From NCBI GenBank assembly GCA_036405895.1, contig DASWWS010000001.1, positions 244,468-308,467 of the forward strand: a stretch of 64,000 nucleotides of DNA. The letters are read 5' to 3'. Under the pieces are notes generated by a model. That model did no database searches. It was not told the DNA's origin and saw only the letters and a list, made by a program, of their open reading frames with translations. Position 1 is the first letter of the stretch; each line of letters opens with the position of its first letter. Source of the DNA: Minisyncoccota bacterium (lineage in GTDB: Bacteria; Patescibacteriota; Minisyncoccia; Phycocordibacterales; UBA9973). Shown one piece after another: positions 9,683-17,797 of the stretch. A program made the translations under genes and the position numbers.

Positions 9683-9765
9683 TTTTTATATTTATTTTCC
9701 TTTACTCTACCCTATTTCTTGACAAAGTCAAGGATAATGGTAATGTAAAATAAAAAATAAGCGCT

Positions 9766-10152
9766 ATGGAGTATAGAAAAGGGTCTATGTGCAAGACTGA
9801 TCGGATTGAACACTTTATTGCTGTTCTCAATGAAGAAAAGCATTCCTGCAGCAATATGTATCAAGCATATGAGCACCTGGTTGAAAGGTTTCAGGAGATT
9901 GAACAGAAGTATTGCCCTGCAATGGAGGGCCGCATGCACTTTGGTGACTTTGAGAACTTTCTTTTTGTGAAGGAGTATTCGGTATATATGTGGGTTGCAG
10001 TGAGCCATGTCGTATTCATTCATGTGCATGGAGCGTATGGGGTGTATGAGAGAAACGACATATCCATTTTTCACAATAGAAATGTTCACACCTACAAAAA
10101 AGAAACTCCCCTTGTGTGTGTTGAAAACAGCTTAGGATACCCCTTGTGGTAA
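9766..10152 (+). CDS. Hypothetical Cys/His-rich protein (low-GC patch)
   Basis: 128-aa ORF with TTGACA-like -35 upstream; preferred over overlapping antisense 9712..10089 which is hydrophobic junk-like. Confidence 0.3.
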   Translation: MEYRKGSMCKTDRIEHFIAVLNEEKHSCSNMYQAYEHLVERFQEIEQKYCPAMEGRMHFGDFENFLFVKEYSVYMWVAVSHVVFIHVHGAYGVYERNDISIFHNRNVHTYKKETPLVCVENSLGYPLW

Positions 10153-10201
10153 TGCAACAGCCTTCAGGAAACTGGGGGTTTTTATTTGGTATACTATACG
10201 T

Positions 10202-10453
10202 ATGATCCCTCCTGAAAACAGAGTATTACTGATCAAAAACCTCAAAGCCGGGTGGAATATCCGCCATGCGTGCGACCGTTCGCATATCAGCCGCTCGAGC
10301 TTGTATCAATACTATAAAAAAGACCCGGAGTTTAAGGCATTGGTACAAAAAACAATGCATACGTTTCTTGAGCGCAAAGAGAAAAAGGAAAAGCTCTCCG
10401 CCCGCCACGCCCTGATGAAAGACAAGCAAGCCGTGCGCAACCGCTTTAAATAA
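10202..10453 (+). CDS. Small helix-turn-helix protein (transposase-OrfA / terminase-small-subunit-like HTH)
   Basis: 83 aa; GWNIRHACDRSHISRSSLYQYYKK resembles HTH_ of IS-type OrfA/resolvase. Confidence 0.35.
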   Translation: MIPPENRVLLIKNLKAGWNIRHACDRSHISRSSLYQYYKKDPEFKALVQKTMHTFLERKEKKEKLSARHALMKDKQAVRNRFK

Positions 10454-10742
10454 TTGACACTTTCCTCTAGCGAGCTACTATAATAGATGAAGCAATAACA
10501 TACGAAAGGATGGATAGTTCAATCAAGCAAGGCACCCCTATCGACATAGGCGCCAAAGCACTTGTTAGTTCCTTGGAATAGGCCAAGGGGAAACCAAAAG
10601 ATGTTCCATAGATAGTATGTACAATTATAATGGCCATGCCCACGCAATGAGTAAAGGTGCCTATCCTATAGTGTTCGCTGTATACCGCTCCTGCATCTGC
10701 GAAATACGCCATTGCGGTCATTACCCTCTCAACATTTAAAAG

Positions 10743-10766
10743 CCTCCATTAGTGGAGGCTTTTTTG
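10743..10766 (+). terminator. Orphan plus-strand intrinsic terminator ~290 nt after nearest plus-strand ORF
   Basis: GCCTCCA-ttag-TGGAGGC hairpin + TTTTTT. Confidence 0.5.
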
Positions 10767-10832
10767 AATCCCTAACGCATTGACATTGCAGGGCTTTCAG
10801 ATAAAGTAGAGAAAACTTAAACTCTTAGCACC

Positions 10833-11327
10833 ATGCCAATAAAAGGAATAGTGAGCGCCATTGCTCCGGAACAACGAATTGAGAATCTGTCCTTAGGGGA
10901 AGAAGCCTATCTCGATGCATTCAGCCTTACTGTTACAGAAAGAGCGATATTTATCGATAGAGCCGCATTTGTAATACTGAAGAAGCATCTTGATGAGAAT
11001 GAAGAAAATCTTTTTGATGACCACATTTTAGTAAAACGAATCGGAAAAGGGCTGACCGAGCACGACTTCGAGCTCGACATGACCGTTATTCCGGAGTATG
11101 ACTTTACTCTCGATGACAGCGCTACATATGTTGACCTTATGAGGCACAAAGACAATCATATTATCTTCTATGACTTTGAGCTTGAGAAATTGACTAACTT
11201 TCGCAGTAAAGAAACGGAACCTGCCGAAGAAAACCTTGAAGAACAATTAAGGGAAGCGGTAGAAAAGCAAGATTTCGAAAAGGCCACTATTCTTCGGGAG
11301 AAAATAAAAAACAACAGTAAAAAATAA
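10833..11327 (+). CDS. Hypothetical protein with C-terminal UVR (UvrB/UvrC-type) motif
   Basis: C-terminus LEEQLREAVEKQDFEKATILREKI matches UVR domain consensus. Confidence 0.45.
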   Translation: MPIKGIVSAIAPEQRIENLSLGEEAYLDAFSLTVTERAIFIDRAAFVILKKHLDENEENLFDDHILVKRIGKGLTEHDFELDMTVIPEYDFTLDDSATYVDLMRHKDNHIIFYDFELEKLTNFRSKETEPAEENLEEQLREAVEKQDFEKATILREKIKNNSKK

Positions 11328-11334
11328 CTAAAAA

Positions 11335-11358
11335 CCTGGCATACGTCCAGGTTTTTTA
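11335..11358 (+). terminator. Intrinsic terminator
   Basis: CCTGG-catacgt-CCAGG + TTTTTT. Confidence 0.55.
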
Positions 11359-11370
11359 TATACTGGGCGT

Positions 11371-11883
11371 ATGAAGAAGCTACCCCTCTCATTTTTTGCC
11401 CGCCCCGCCCTTATTGTCGCAAAAGAGCTGATTGGCACGTATATCACCCTTCGTTCAGGTGGAAAAATTGAGCGCTATAAAATCACAGAAACCGAAGCGT
11501 ATGTTGGACCGCACGATCTTGCCTCACACTCTTCTAAGGGGCGCACCAAGCGCACAGAGGTCATGTATGCGGCTCCCAGCACTATATACATCTATCTTAT
11601 CTACGGCATGTACTACATGCTCAATATCGTCACTGACGAAAAGGACTATCCCGCTGCCGTGCTTATCCGAGGAATCGAAGAAATAAATGGACCTGGAAAA
11701 CTGACAAAACAATTAGGGATTGATAAGCGGCTTAATGGAATAATGCTTGGCGCAAAAAGCGGCATATGGATTGAAAAGGACGAGTCTGCTCCCCTTCCTA
11801 AAATAATAAAAACTCCTCGCATTGGAGTGAATTATGCTGGACCCATTTGGGCCGAGAAAAAATACCGCTTCTTAGCGAAATAG
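11371..11883 (+). CDS. mpg: DNA-3-methyladenine glycosylase (MPG/AAG family)
   Basis: FF-RPALIVAKELIG-x-L...ITETEAYVGPHDLASHSSKGRT-RTEVMY...YIYLIYGMYYMLN family signature. Confidence 0.8.
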   Translation: MKKLPLSFFARPALIVAKELIGTYITLRSGGKIERYKITETEAYVGPHDLASHSSKGRTKRTEVMYAAPSTIYIYLIYGMYYMLNIVTDEKDYPAAVLIRGIEEINGPGKLTKQLGIDKRLNGIMLGAKSGIWIEKDESAPLPKIIKTPRIGVNYAGPIWAEKKYRFLAK

Positions 11884-11884
11884 A

Positions 11885-12331
11885 TTACCGAGGTTTTTTA
11901 ATCGATCCGAGTATTCGCGCAATAATGCGTTCGATTGCGCTGAGCGTGAGGAATAGCGCGATCACAAATGTTGGCGTTGGCCACAGTGCATACGAATATA
12001 TAAGGACAGCGGAAAGCCATACCCCTGTACAGCTTGGGCAATAGATAAGAAGCCCCATTGCACCCTTAAAACCACTCTTCTTCGGTTCCTCTGTTGGTAC
12101 GCCGTCTTTGACGACCTCCTTCACAAACGGCGCGCGAATGGGCTTGGTGATAGCTTCATTGGAAAGAATATTTGCTGCTCTATATGCTGCAAACCCAAGG
12201 ATAATAAGATGAAAAGCAGTGATATCTTTTAAACTTTCTAATGCATCATTGAAGAAATACAATAAGACTGCGTTGATAAGAATAAACACCGCCATATCAA
12301 TGGTGAGCCACTTGTATAGTTTTTGCTTCAT
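11885..12331 (-). CDS. Integral membrane protein, hypothetical
   Basis: 148 aa, 3-4 predicted TM helices; start/stop adjacency with cyclophilin gene. Confidence 0.4.
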   Translation of the reverse strand: MKQKLYKWLTIDMAVFILINAVLLYFFNDALESLKDITAFHLIILGFAAYRAANILSNEAITKPIRAPFVKEVVKDGVPTEEPKKSGFKGAMGLLIYCPSCTGVWLSAVLIYSYALWPTPTFVIALFLTLSAIERIIARILGSIKKPR

Positions 12332-12807
12332 TATGCTATTTCTATTCGCTCTATTGTAATCGCTTCAACGGGCCGGTCGGCTGCATTGGTGGGCGCCATC
12401 TCAATTGCGGTGACGACATCCATCCCTTCGGTTACTTTTCCAAATACCGTGTGCTTTTCATTGAGGAAAATATTGTCGTTGCAGTTGATGAAAAACTGGC
12501 TGCCATTGGTGTTGGGTCCTGAGTTTGCCATAGAGATTGTTCCTTCGAGGTTGTTGTTCGCACCAGTAATTTCGTCGGCAAACTTGTAGCCCGGGTCCCC
12601 GGTCCCCCATAGTGGCATCTTGGTATCGTCTTTGGTCAACGGGTCGCCTCCCTGAATCATAAATCCGCTGATGACGCGATGGAACTTGGTGCTGTTGTAA
12701 AATCCTTCTCCCGCGAGCTTAGTAAAGTTTGCGACTGTGTTTGGTGTTTGGGTGTCGAACAATTCAATTACAATGGTTCCTTTTGATGTATATACTGTTG
12801 CTTTCAT
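12331..12807 (-). CDS. ppiB: Peptidyl-prolyl cis-trans isomerase, cyclophilin type
   Basis: FHRVISGFMIQGGDP, GTGDPGYKFADE, FFINCNDN cyclophilin motifs. Confidence 0.85.
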   Translation of the reverse strand: MKATVYTSKGTIVIELFDTQTPNTVANFTKLAGEGFYNSTKFHRVISGFMIQGGDPLTKDDTKMPLWGTGDPGYKFADEITGANNNLEGTISMANSGPNTNGSQFFINCNDNIFLNEKHTVFGKVTEGMDVVTAIEMAPTNAADRPVEAITIERIEIA

Positions 12808-12821
12808 ATACAGAGTATACC

Positions 12822-13091
12822 CTATACGATTATCGCATCAATCCGTGCTATTAGTTGGTGATCTTTTTCTGTAATCGTATTGCCCTTGTCATGGGTTGTA
12901 GTAGAGGTAGTAACAGTATTGTAGTTTTGGATTGAGATGTCGGGGTGGTGCTGCAGCTCTTGTGCAATTGCACCTACGTGGTTCACAAATGCCAGGGCTT
13001 CGGCAAAGTCGGCAAAAGTGAATGTTTTTACCAAGGTGTTGTTTTCTTCATTCCAGTTAGTATTCATGATTTCAGTATACTCTTTTATCAA
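12822..13091 (-). CDS. Pterin-4a-carbinolamine dehydratase (PCD/DCoH-like)
   Basis: F-FADFAEALAFVNHVGAIAQELQHHPD...TH...G-T--D--LA--ID pattern. Confidence 0.7.
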   Translation of the reverse strand: MIKEYTEIMNTNWNEENNTLVKTFTFADFAEALAFVNHVGAIAQELQHHPDISIQNYNTVTTSTTTHDKGNTITEKDHQLIARIDAIIV

Positions 13092-13105
13092 TATTTACTC
13101 CCCTT

Positions 13106-13798
13106 TTGTGGAATGCTATAGTCGAGGAAAGAAATCTATTGCCGCGGCGGATAATAGATACTGTTGTTTACCACCTAACCCTGATCCTCATGAATACTTG
13201 TACTGATGCAGAACTTATTGAGAAATACCGATACTACAATGACGGCGCAGCCTTCCTTGAATTGATGGATCGCTATAAAAACGGTTTGATGAACGCTCTT
13301 ATAATGAGAGTTGGTAGTGATATCGATAGCGCAAAAGACTTGCTGCAGGATGTGTACGTTAAACTCTTGCAAGAGCTATCGATAGAAGGAAGGTATACGG
13401 AGCGCGGAAATTTTGGAGGATATGCGTACCGCATTACTCTTAATCACTTCAACACCTATTGGAGAAGAAGCGGGCGCCATACGGCTGATTCTCTTGATGA
13501 AATGCAGGAGATGGGTAATTTTTTTGAATGCTCGCTTCCGCACTCAATGGTGGGACCAGAAGCTATGCTCATAATCAAAGAGACATACCGGATTGTGCAA
13601 ATCTTTATTGAAAAACTGCCAGAGCATTTTCGGACCATAGTGATGATGCGATACTATGAAGGATTACAGTATAACGAAATCGCAACAGAGTTAAAAATTC
13701 CATTAGGTACTGTTAAAACAAGAATTTTTTTATTCCGTCAACGGCTAGAGAATGCAATGAATGAACTACACGCAGAATCCTCGCTGCTGAGCGCATAG
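13106..13798 (+). CDS. RNA polymerase sigma factor, ECF/sigma-70 family (regions 2 and 4)
   Basis: DLLQDVYVKLLQ (region 2), YYEGLQYNEIATELKIPLGTVKTRIFLFRQRL (region 4 HTH); true start may be downstream ATG. Confidence 0.75.
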   Translation: MWNAIVEERNLLPRRIIDTVVYHLTLILMNTCTDAELIEKYRYYNDGAAFLELMDRYKNGLMNALIMRVGSDIDSAKDLLQDVYVKLLQELSIEGRYTERGNFGGYAYRITLNHFNTYWRRSGRHTADSLDEMQEMGNFFECSLPHSMVGPEAMLIIKETYRIVQIFIEKLPEHFRTIVMMRYYEGLQYNEIATELKIPLGTVKTRIFLFRQRLENAMNELHAESSLLSA

Positions 13799-13803
13799 GC
13801 AAA

Positions 13804-13838
13804 AGCCCCTCCAAAAATGGAAGGGCTTTTTTATTTTT
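13804..13838 (+). terminator. Intrinsic terminator after sigma-factor gene
   Basis: AGCCCCTCC-aaaaat-GGAAGGGCT + T-run. Confidence 0.55.
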
Positions 13839-13926
13839 GAGATTACAACTTCCTAACCCTTGCCGCTTACAACTTCTTGAGCTCCTCTTGTTTCATTGTA
13901 TGCAACGTTTCCGTGAGAGAAGTAAG

Positions 13927-13961
13927 CGTTGACAAAAATTAAAAACAGTTTTATTGTACAG
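13927..13961 (+). promoter_or_regulatory. Sigma-70-like promoter candidate (TTGACA-N17-TATTGT)
   Basis: ttgacaaaaattaaaaacagttttattgt ~15 nt upstream of 13976 ORF. Confidence 0.35.
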
Positions 13962-13975
13962 AAAAAAGAAATGTA

Positions 13976-14278
13976 ATGGGAGAAGAAAAAAAAGAGCCAA
14001 TACCCTTGGATTTTCCAGAGGAGCTCTATATCCTTGAAAATTCTGGAAGAATAGCATTGCGCAAAATCATAGAAAAAGGGCGCATGGACACAGATCAGTA
14101 TTACAAGATAATACCGAAAGAAATGCATACTATACCTCAAAGGTTTTTGTACATAGTAGGGATTATTGCAGTATATCTTAATAGATATGGAGTTATTGTA
14201 GAGCGCCCTATTGTATCTCAGCTTGCATTAGGGTCAATTTCAAGTTCTGCAAAAAACGGATTTCGAGATCGTGACTAA
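13976..14278 (+). CDS. Hypothetical protein
   Basis: 100-aa ORF with promoter upstream and terminator downstream; preferred over antisense 13853..14140. Confidence 0.3.
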   Translation: MGEEKKEPIPLDFPEELYILENSGRIALRKIIEKGRMDTDQYYKIIPKEMHTIPQRFLYIVGIIAVYLNRYGVIVERPIVSQLALGSISSSAKNGFRDRD

Positions 14279-14294
14279 TCTTTGGTTAAAAAGG

Positions 14295-14329
14295 CATCCA
14301 TTCACTTAAAAAGTGGATGGATTTTTTTA
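14295..14329. terminator. Bidirectional intrinsic terminator
   Basis: CCATTCAC-ttaaaaa-GTGGATGG (one G-U) + TTTTTTT. Confidence 0.5.
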
Positions 14330-15574
14330 TGCATTGCTTCCCGCGATATATCCGCTGGTCCAACACAGCTGAAGAGAGAACCCGCCGGAGGGGCGCGTGA
14401 TATGAAGCAGGTCGCCAGTAACAAACATATTATCTACCACTTTCGACTTGAATGTTTTCATGTCGATTTCGGTCAGAGGTACTCCGCCGTCTGCAACCAC
14501 TGCGCGGTCATAACCCATTAGTCCGGTGATTGTTATCGGAAGCGCTTTGAGAAGGTTCAGAAGTTGTTTGCGGTCCTCTTTTGTCACGCTGTGCACTTTT
14601 GTGTCTGGAGCAAGCGTTGGCAGAAGCGAGAAGAAGGTAGGAATCATTCCATGAGGCACAATATCATCAAAAATATTCTTCACGTTCTTGTTTTTGTTCG
14701 CATCAAACGTTGCAATAATTTTTTGCTCGAGTGCTGCATGGTCGGTGTCCGGGTAGCAGTCAATAGTGGCTGTCACCAAGCCGTCGTGGAGCAAATCCCC
14801 CACTTTGCCGGCTGAGTTTAAGATAAGTGGCCCCGAAAGCCCGAAGTGTGTGAACAAGAGCTTTCCTGTTTTTGAAAATGATTTCTTGCCATCCGTAAAA
14901 AATGTAATCTTCATAAATGAAAGCGATACTCCAGCGAGCGCATGGACCCAACGCTCTTTTATAGCAAGTGGAACGATTGTTGGTGTTGGTTCTGCAACAG
15001 TGTGCCCCAAGTTTTTCAGCCATGCAAAACCGTCTCCAGTAGAACCGGTTTCTGGGTGTGACATTCCGCCGGTTGCAATGATGTATGCGCTAGCCGTGTA
15101 CGTTCCGGTGGTAGTCACAATGCCCTGTATATGCCCCTCCATACCCTCTTTTCGGGCGTCTATACGAGTGACTGGAGAATTGGTGAGGATTGTTACATTT
15201 CCGGCTTTTATGTAGCGCTCAAGCGCTTTAAATACATCGAGCGCCTTCTCTGTTGCCGGGAATGCACGCTTACGGGCTTGGACCACAATTGGCAGTCCCA
15301 ATTCTTCAAAAAACGCCACTGTTTCCGGTACGCCAAAGGTGGCAAATGGTGAATATAAAAACTGCTCGGCTTTTCCATAGTTTGCCATAAATGCGCGAAT
15401 GTCCTCTTCGGCATTCGTGATATTGCAGCGTCCGCCGCCGGTGATTTTGAGCTTTTCGCCAAGCGCACGATTTTTTTCGATGATGAGCACTTTCTTACCA
15501 AGGCTTGCAGCCCGCCCTGCCGCCATCATTCCGCTTGCTCCCCCGCCGACAACTATAACGTCGTAGTGATTCAT
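14327..15574 (-). CDS. FAD-dependent flavoprotein, HI0933/BaiN-like
   Basis: MNHYDVIVVGGGASGMMAAGRAASLGKKVLIIEKN dinucleotide-binding motif; family-typical length 415 aa. Confidence 0.8.
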   Translation of the reverse strand: MNHYDVIVVGGGASGMMAAGRAASLGKKVLIIEKNRALGEKLKITGGGRCNITNAEEDIRAFMANYGKAEQFLYSPFATFGVPETVAFFEELGLPIVVQARKRAFPATEKALDVFKALERYIKAGNVTILTNSPVTRIDARKEGMEGHIQGIVTTTGTYTASAYIIATGGMSHPETGSTGDGFAWLKNLGHTVAEPTPTIVPLAIKERWVHALAGVSLSFMKITFFTDGKKSFSKTGKLLFTHFGLSGPLILNSAGKVGDLLHDGLVTATIDCYPDTDHAALEQKIIATFDANKNKNVKNIFDDIVPHGMIPTFFSLLPTLAPDTKVHSVTKEDRKQLLNLLKALPITITGLMGYDRAVVADGGVPLTEIDMKTFKSKVVDNMFVTGDLLHITRPSGGFSLQLCWTSGYIAGSNA

Positions 15575-15661
15575 TGTTTATCAGTATACGGATTTTATTG
15601 ACAAAATCAAGTTAGAGTGGTAATTTGATGGAAATACACTGTTGCAAATAAAACACTTAGT

Positions 15662-15892
15662 ATGGAAGAAACTGAAATAAGTATTCCTCCCTCTAAGGAA
15701 TACGTATGCGATAAAATTGCTTATTATTGTAAAAAAGTTGCGAACGAAGCGTTGAAAACAATACGGGAAATGGAGCAAGATCATAAAAAGCCTGTCAGGT
15801 CATATGAGTGTGAAAAATGCAGTCAGTGGCATCTGACATCCATACCCTACGAAACATGGAAAGAGATGAAGCGAAAAGCAGTCAAAGTTTGA
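15662..15892 (+). CDS. Small zinc-ribbon-like protein, hypothetical
   Basis: 76 aa with C-x6-C ... CEKC. Confidence 0.3.
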   Translation: MEETEISIPPSKEYVCDKIAYYCKKVANEALKTIREMEQDHKKPVRSYECEKCSQWHLTSIPYETWKEMKRKAVKV

Positions 15893-15899
15893 CTGCTTT

Positions 15900-17372
15900 T
15901 TATTTATCCAAGTCCAATACTTCGTCGATGCGAATTTGTGAGACAAACTCTGGCACGTGAGAGACAAGGATCATCGCGCCTGCATACATGCTCAAAGCTT
16001 TTGCAATAATTGGCAGGTGGCGGAAGTTGATGTGGTTCGTCGGCTCGTCGAGAATAAGGAGGCCTGGTTCAAGCAACACAAGGGTTCCAAATGCCACCAT
16101 CCCCTTCTGCCCTTCTGAAAGGCTTCCGATTTTTGTATTGATGATGTCACTGGTGATAAGGAAGTTTGCCGCAACACTTCGGATGCGCTCTTCGTTGGGG
16201 CGATTGCCGGATGCTGCCATGGCTTTTTTAAATGCCTCATACGCCGTGTCATTGAAGTCGAGCGTTGAGAAGTCCTGGCGGTAGTAGCCAACGCGCACGC
16301 CTGCTCCTATCTTTGCACCCTTTGCCGTTCCGGTTGCGAGCGACTCAAGCAGTGTGCTTTTGCCAATACCGTTTGGCCCGCGAAGTTGAAGGTGCTGATT
16401 TTTGCGCAATGTAAGGTTTGCGGTGCGCTCAGTCACCTTGTGGTTCTTCATCACGGTGAACGAATCAATCGACATTATCACGCCCACAGTGTCGCTTTGC
16501 ACCGGAATAGCGAACTGACGGATGGTTTTGTCCTCTTTTCGTACATCCACAATATCTTCTTCAAGCTCTTCTGCCTTTTCGCGCATTTTTTTTGCAACCA
16601 AACGCATCTGCCCTCCTTTATACGCAAACTGGTTAGCTTTTGCTTTCTTTGCCTGAATCTCTTTTGCGAGCTGGGCGTTTTTCATATTTTCCTTTTCAAT
16701 ACGAATAGAAATTTCTTTGACTACGTCATTGTAGTTGCCGACATACTGCTCGATTTTTTTGGAATAGATGTCGAGGTATAGCACACCTTCTGTAAACGCA
16801 TTCAAAAACTCCGCGTCATGGGAAATAACGATAACTGTTTTCTTGTACTCCACCAAAAACTTGGTGAGGTGGTCGATCCCTGCATGGTCGAGGTTGTTGG
16901 TTGGCTCGTCGAGCAAGAGAATGTCTGGGTCTTGAATGAGTGCTGCTGCAAGAAGGAGACGTGCTTGTTGGCCGCCTGAGAATGAATCGATGGTGCGAGT
17001 ATAAATATCCTTGTGCCCGGTGAGGTTCACCACGTCGAGCACCGCATCAATGCGCGGGTCGATATCGTACACTTTCTCTTTGAAGCAGTTTTCAAAATAT
17101 TCGCGCACCGTGAATTTCATTTGCTCGCGCGGCATTACCTGGAGTCCTGTTGCAATAGTAGTTCCCTTTTCGATAACCACCTTTCCGTCTTCAGGCTTGT
17201 ATGCACCCGTGATGAGATTGAAGATAGTACTCTTGCCGGCTCCGTTTTGCCCCATGAGCGTGATCTTGCTCCCTCGGCGCACAGAAAGGCTGACCTCCTG
17301 CAAAATAGGCTTTGTTGCGCTGTATTCGAACGACACATTGTCGAAACGGATGATAGTGTCGGCTTTTGACAT
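15900..17372 (-). CDS. ABC-F family ATPase (two tandem ABC domains, no TMD)
   Basis: Two Walker A (GQNGAGKST, GPNGIGKST) and two signature motifs (LSGGQQ, LSEGQK); start trimmed to MSKADTIIRF ATG at 17372. Confidence 0.8.
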   Translation of the reverse strand: MSKADTIIRFDNVSFEYSATKPILQEVSLSVRRGSKITLMGQNGAGKSTIFNLITGAYKPEDGKVVIEKGTTIATGLQVMPREQMKFTVREYFENCFKEKVYDIDPRIDAVLDVVNLTGHKDIYTRTIDSFSGGQQARLLLAAALIQDPDILLLDEPTNNLDHAGIDHLTKFLVEYKKTVIVISHDAEFLNAFTEGVLYLDIYSKKIEQYVGNYNDVVKEISIRIEKENMKNAQLAKEIQAKKAKANQFAYKGGQMRLVAKKMREKAEELEEDIVDVRKEDKTIRQFAIPVQSDTVGVIMSIDSFTVMKNHKVTERTANLTLRKNQHLQLRGPNGIGKSTLLESLATGTAKGAKIGAGVRVGYYRQDFSTLDFNDTAYEAFKKAMAASGNRPNEERIRSVAANFLITSDIINTKIGSLSEGQKGMVAFGTLVLLEPGLLILDEPTNHINFRHLPIIAKALSMYAGAMILVSHVPEFVSQIRIDEVLDLDK

Positions 17373-17442
17373 CGGTACACTATAACACAAGTTATCCACA
17401 TAGTACCTTGCATTGCATAGTACTGTGTGAAATACTGTAACT

Positions 17443-17793
17443 ATGGTTATCAGAATGAAAGAAGATATTGATACGGCACGCGCGCAAATGCGCAAAGGAA
17501 TGCTCGAGTTCTGCACGCTTTTAATTATTGAAAAAGATACAGCGTACGTCTCGGACATTCTCAAAGAATTAAAAATAGCGGACTTGATAGTGGTTGAAGG
17601 CACGCTCTATCCCCTCCTCAGTAGGCTCAAGAGCGAAGGACTACTGGAATACTCCTGGCAAGAGTCAAAGTCAGGCCCTCCTCGCAAATACTACTCGCTC
17701 ACTGATGCTGGGAAGAAGACCCTCGCTCAATTAAAAACCGTTTGGAAAACACTCACCACCTCTATTAATTCCCTTATTACCGATATAGACTAA
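17443..17793 (+). CDS. PadR family transcriptional regulator
   Basis: GTLYPLLSRLKSEGLLEYSWQESKSGPPRKYYSLTDAG PadR winged-helix signature. Confidence 0.8.
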   Translation: MVIRMKEDIDTARAQMRKGMLEFCTLLIIEKDTAYVSDILKELKIADLIVVEGTLYPLLSRLKSEGLLEYSWQESKSGPPRKYYSLTDAGKKTLAQLKTVWKTLTTSINSLITDID

Positions 17794-17797
17794 TACT

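Noticed and set aside
9712-10089. 125-aa minus-strand ORF overlapping 9766..10152
   Set aside because: Sequence is hydrophobic and low-complexity like a shadow frame; the plus-strand partner has a promoter-like TTGACA upstream. Both remain low confidence.
14282-14521. 79-aa plus-strand ORF inside the flavoprotein gene, and similar antisense ORFs inside ABC, dnaK, lysS and rpoA genes
   Set aside because: Embedded in well-supported conserved genes on the other strand.
15900-17603. N-terminal extensions proposed by the ORF track for ABC-F (to 17603), trpS (to 40281), rpoA (to 58980), corA (from 42724) and pilin 3 (from 6466)
   Set aside because: The extensions lack conserved sequence and precede canonical family N-termini that begin at internal ATGs. 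trpS extended to 40281 would also overlap the divergent dnaB start.
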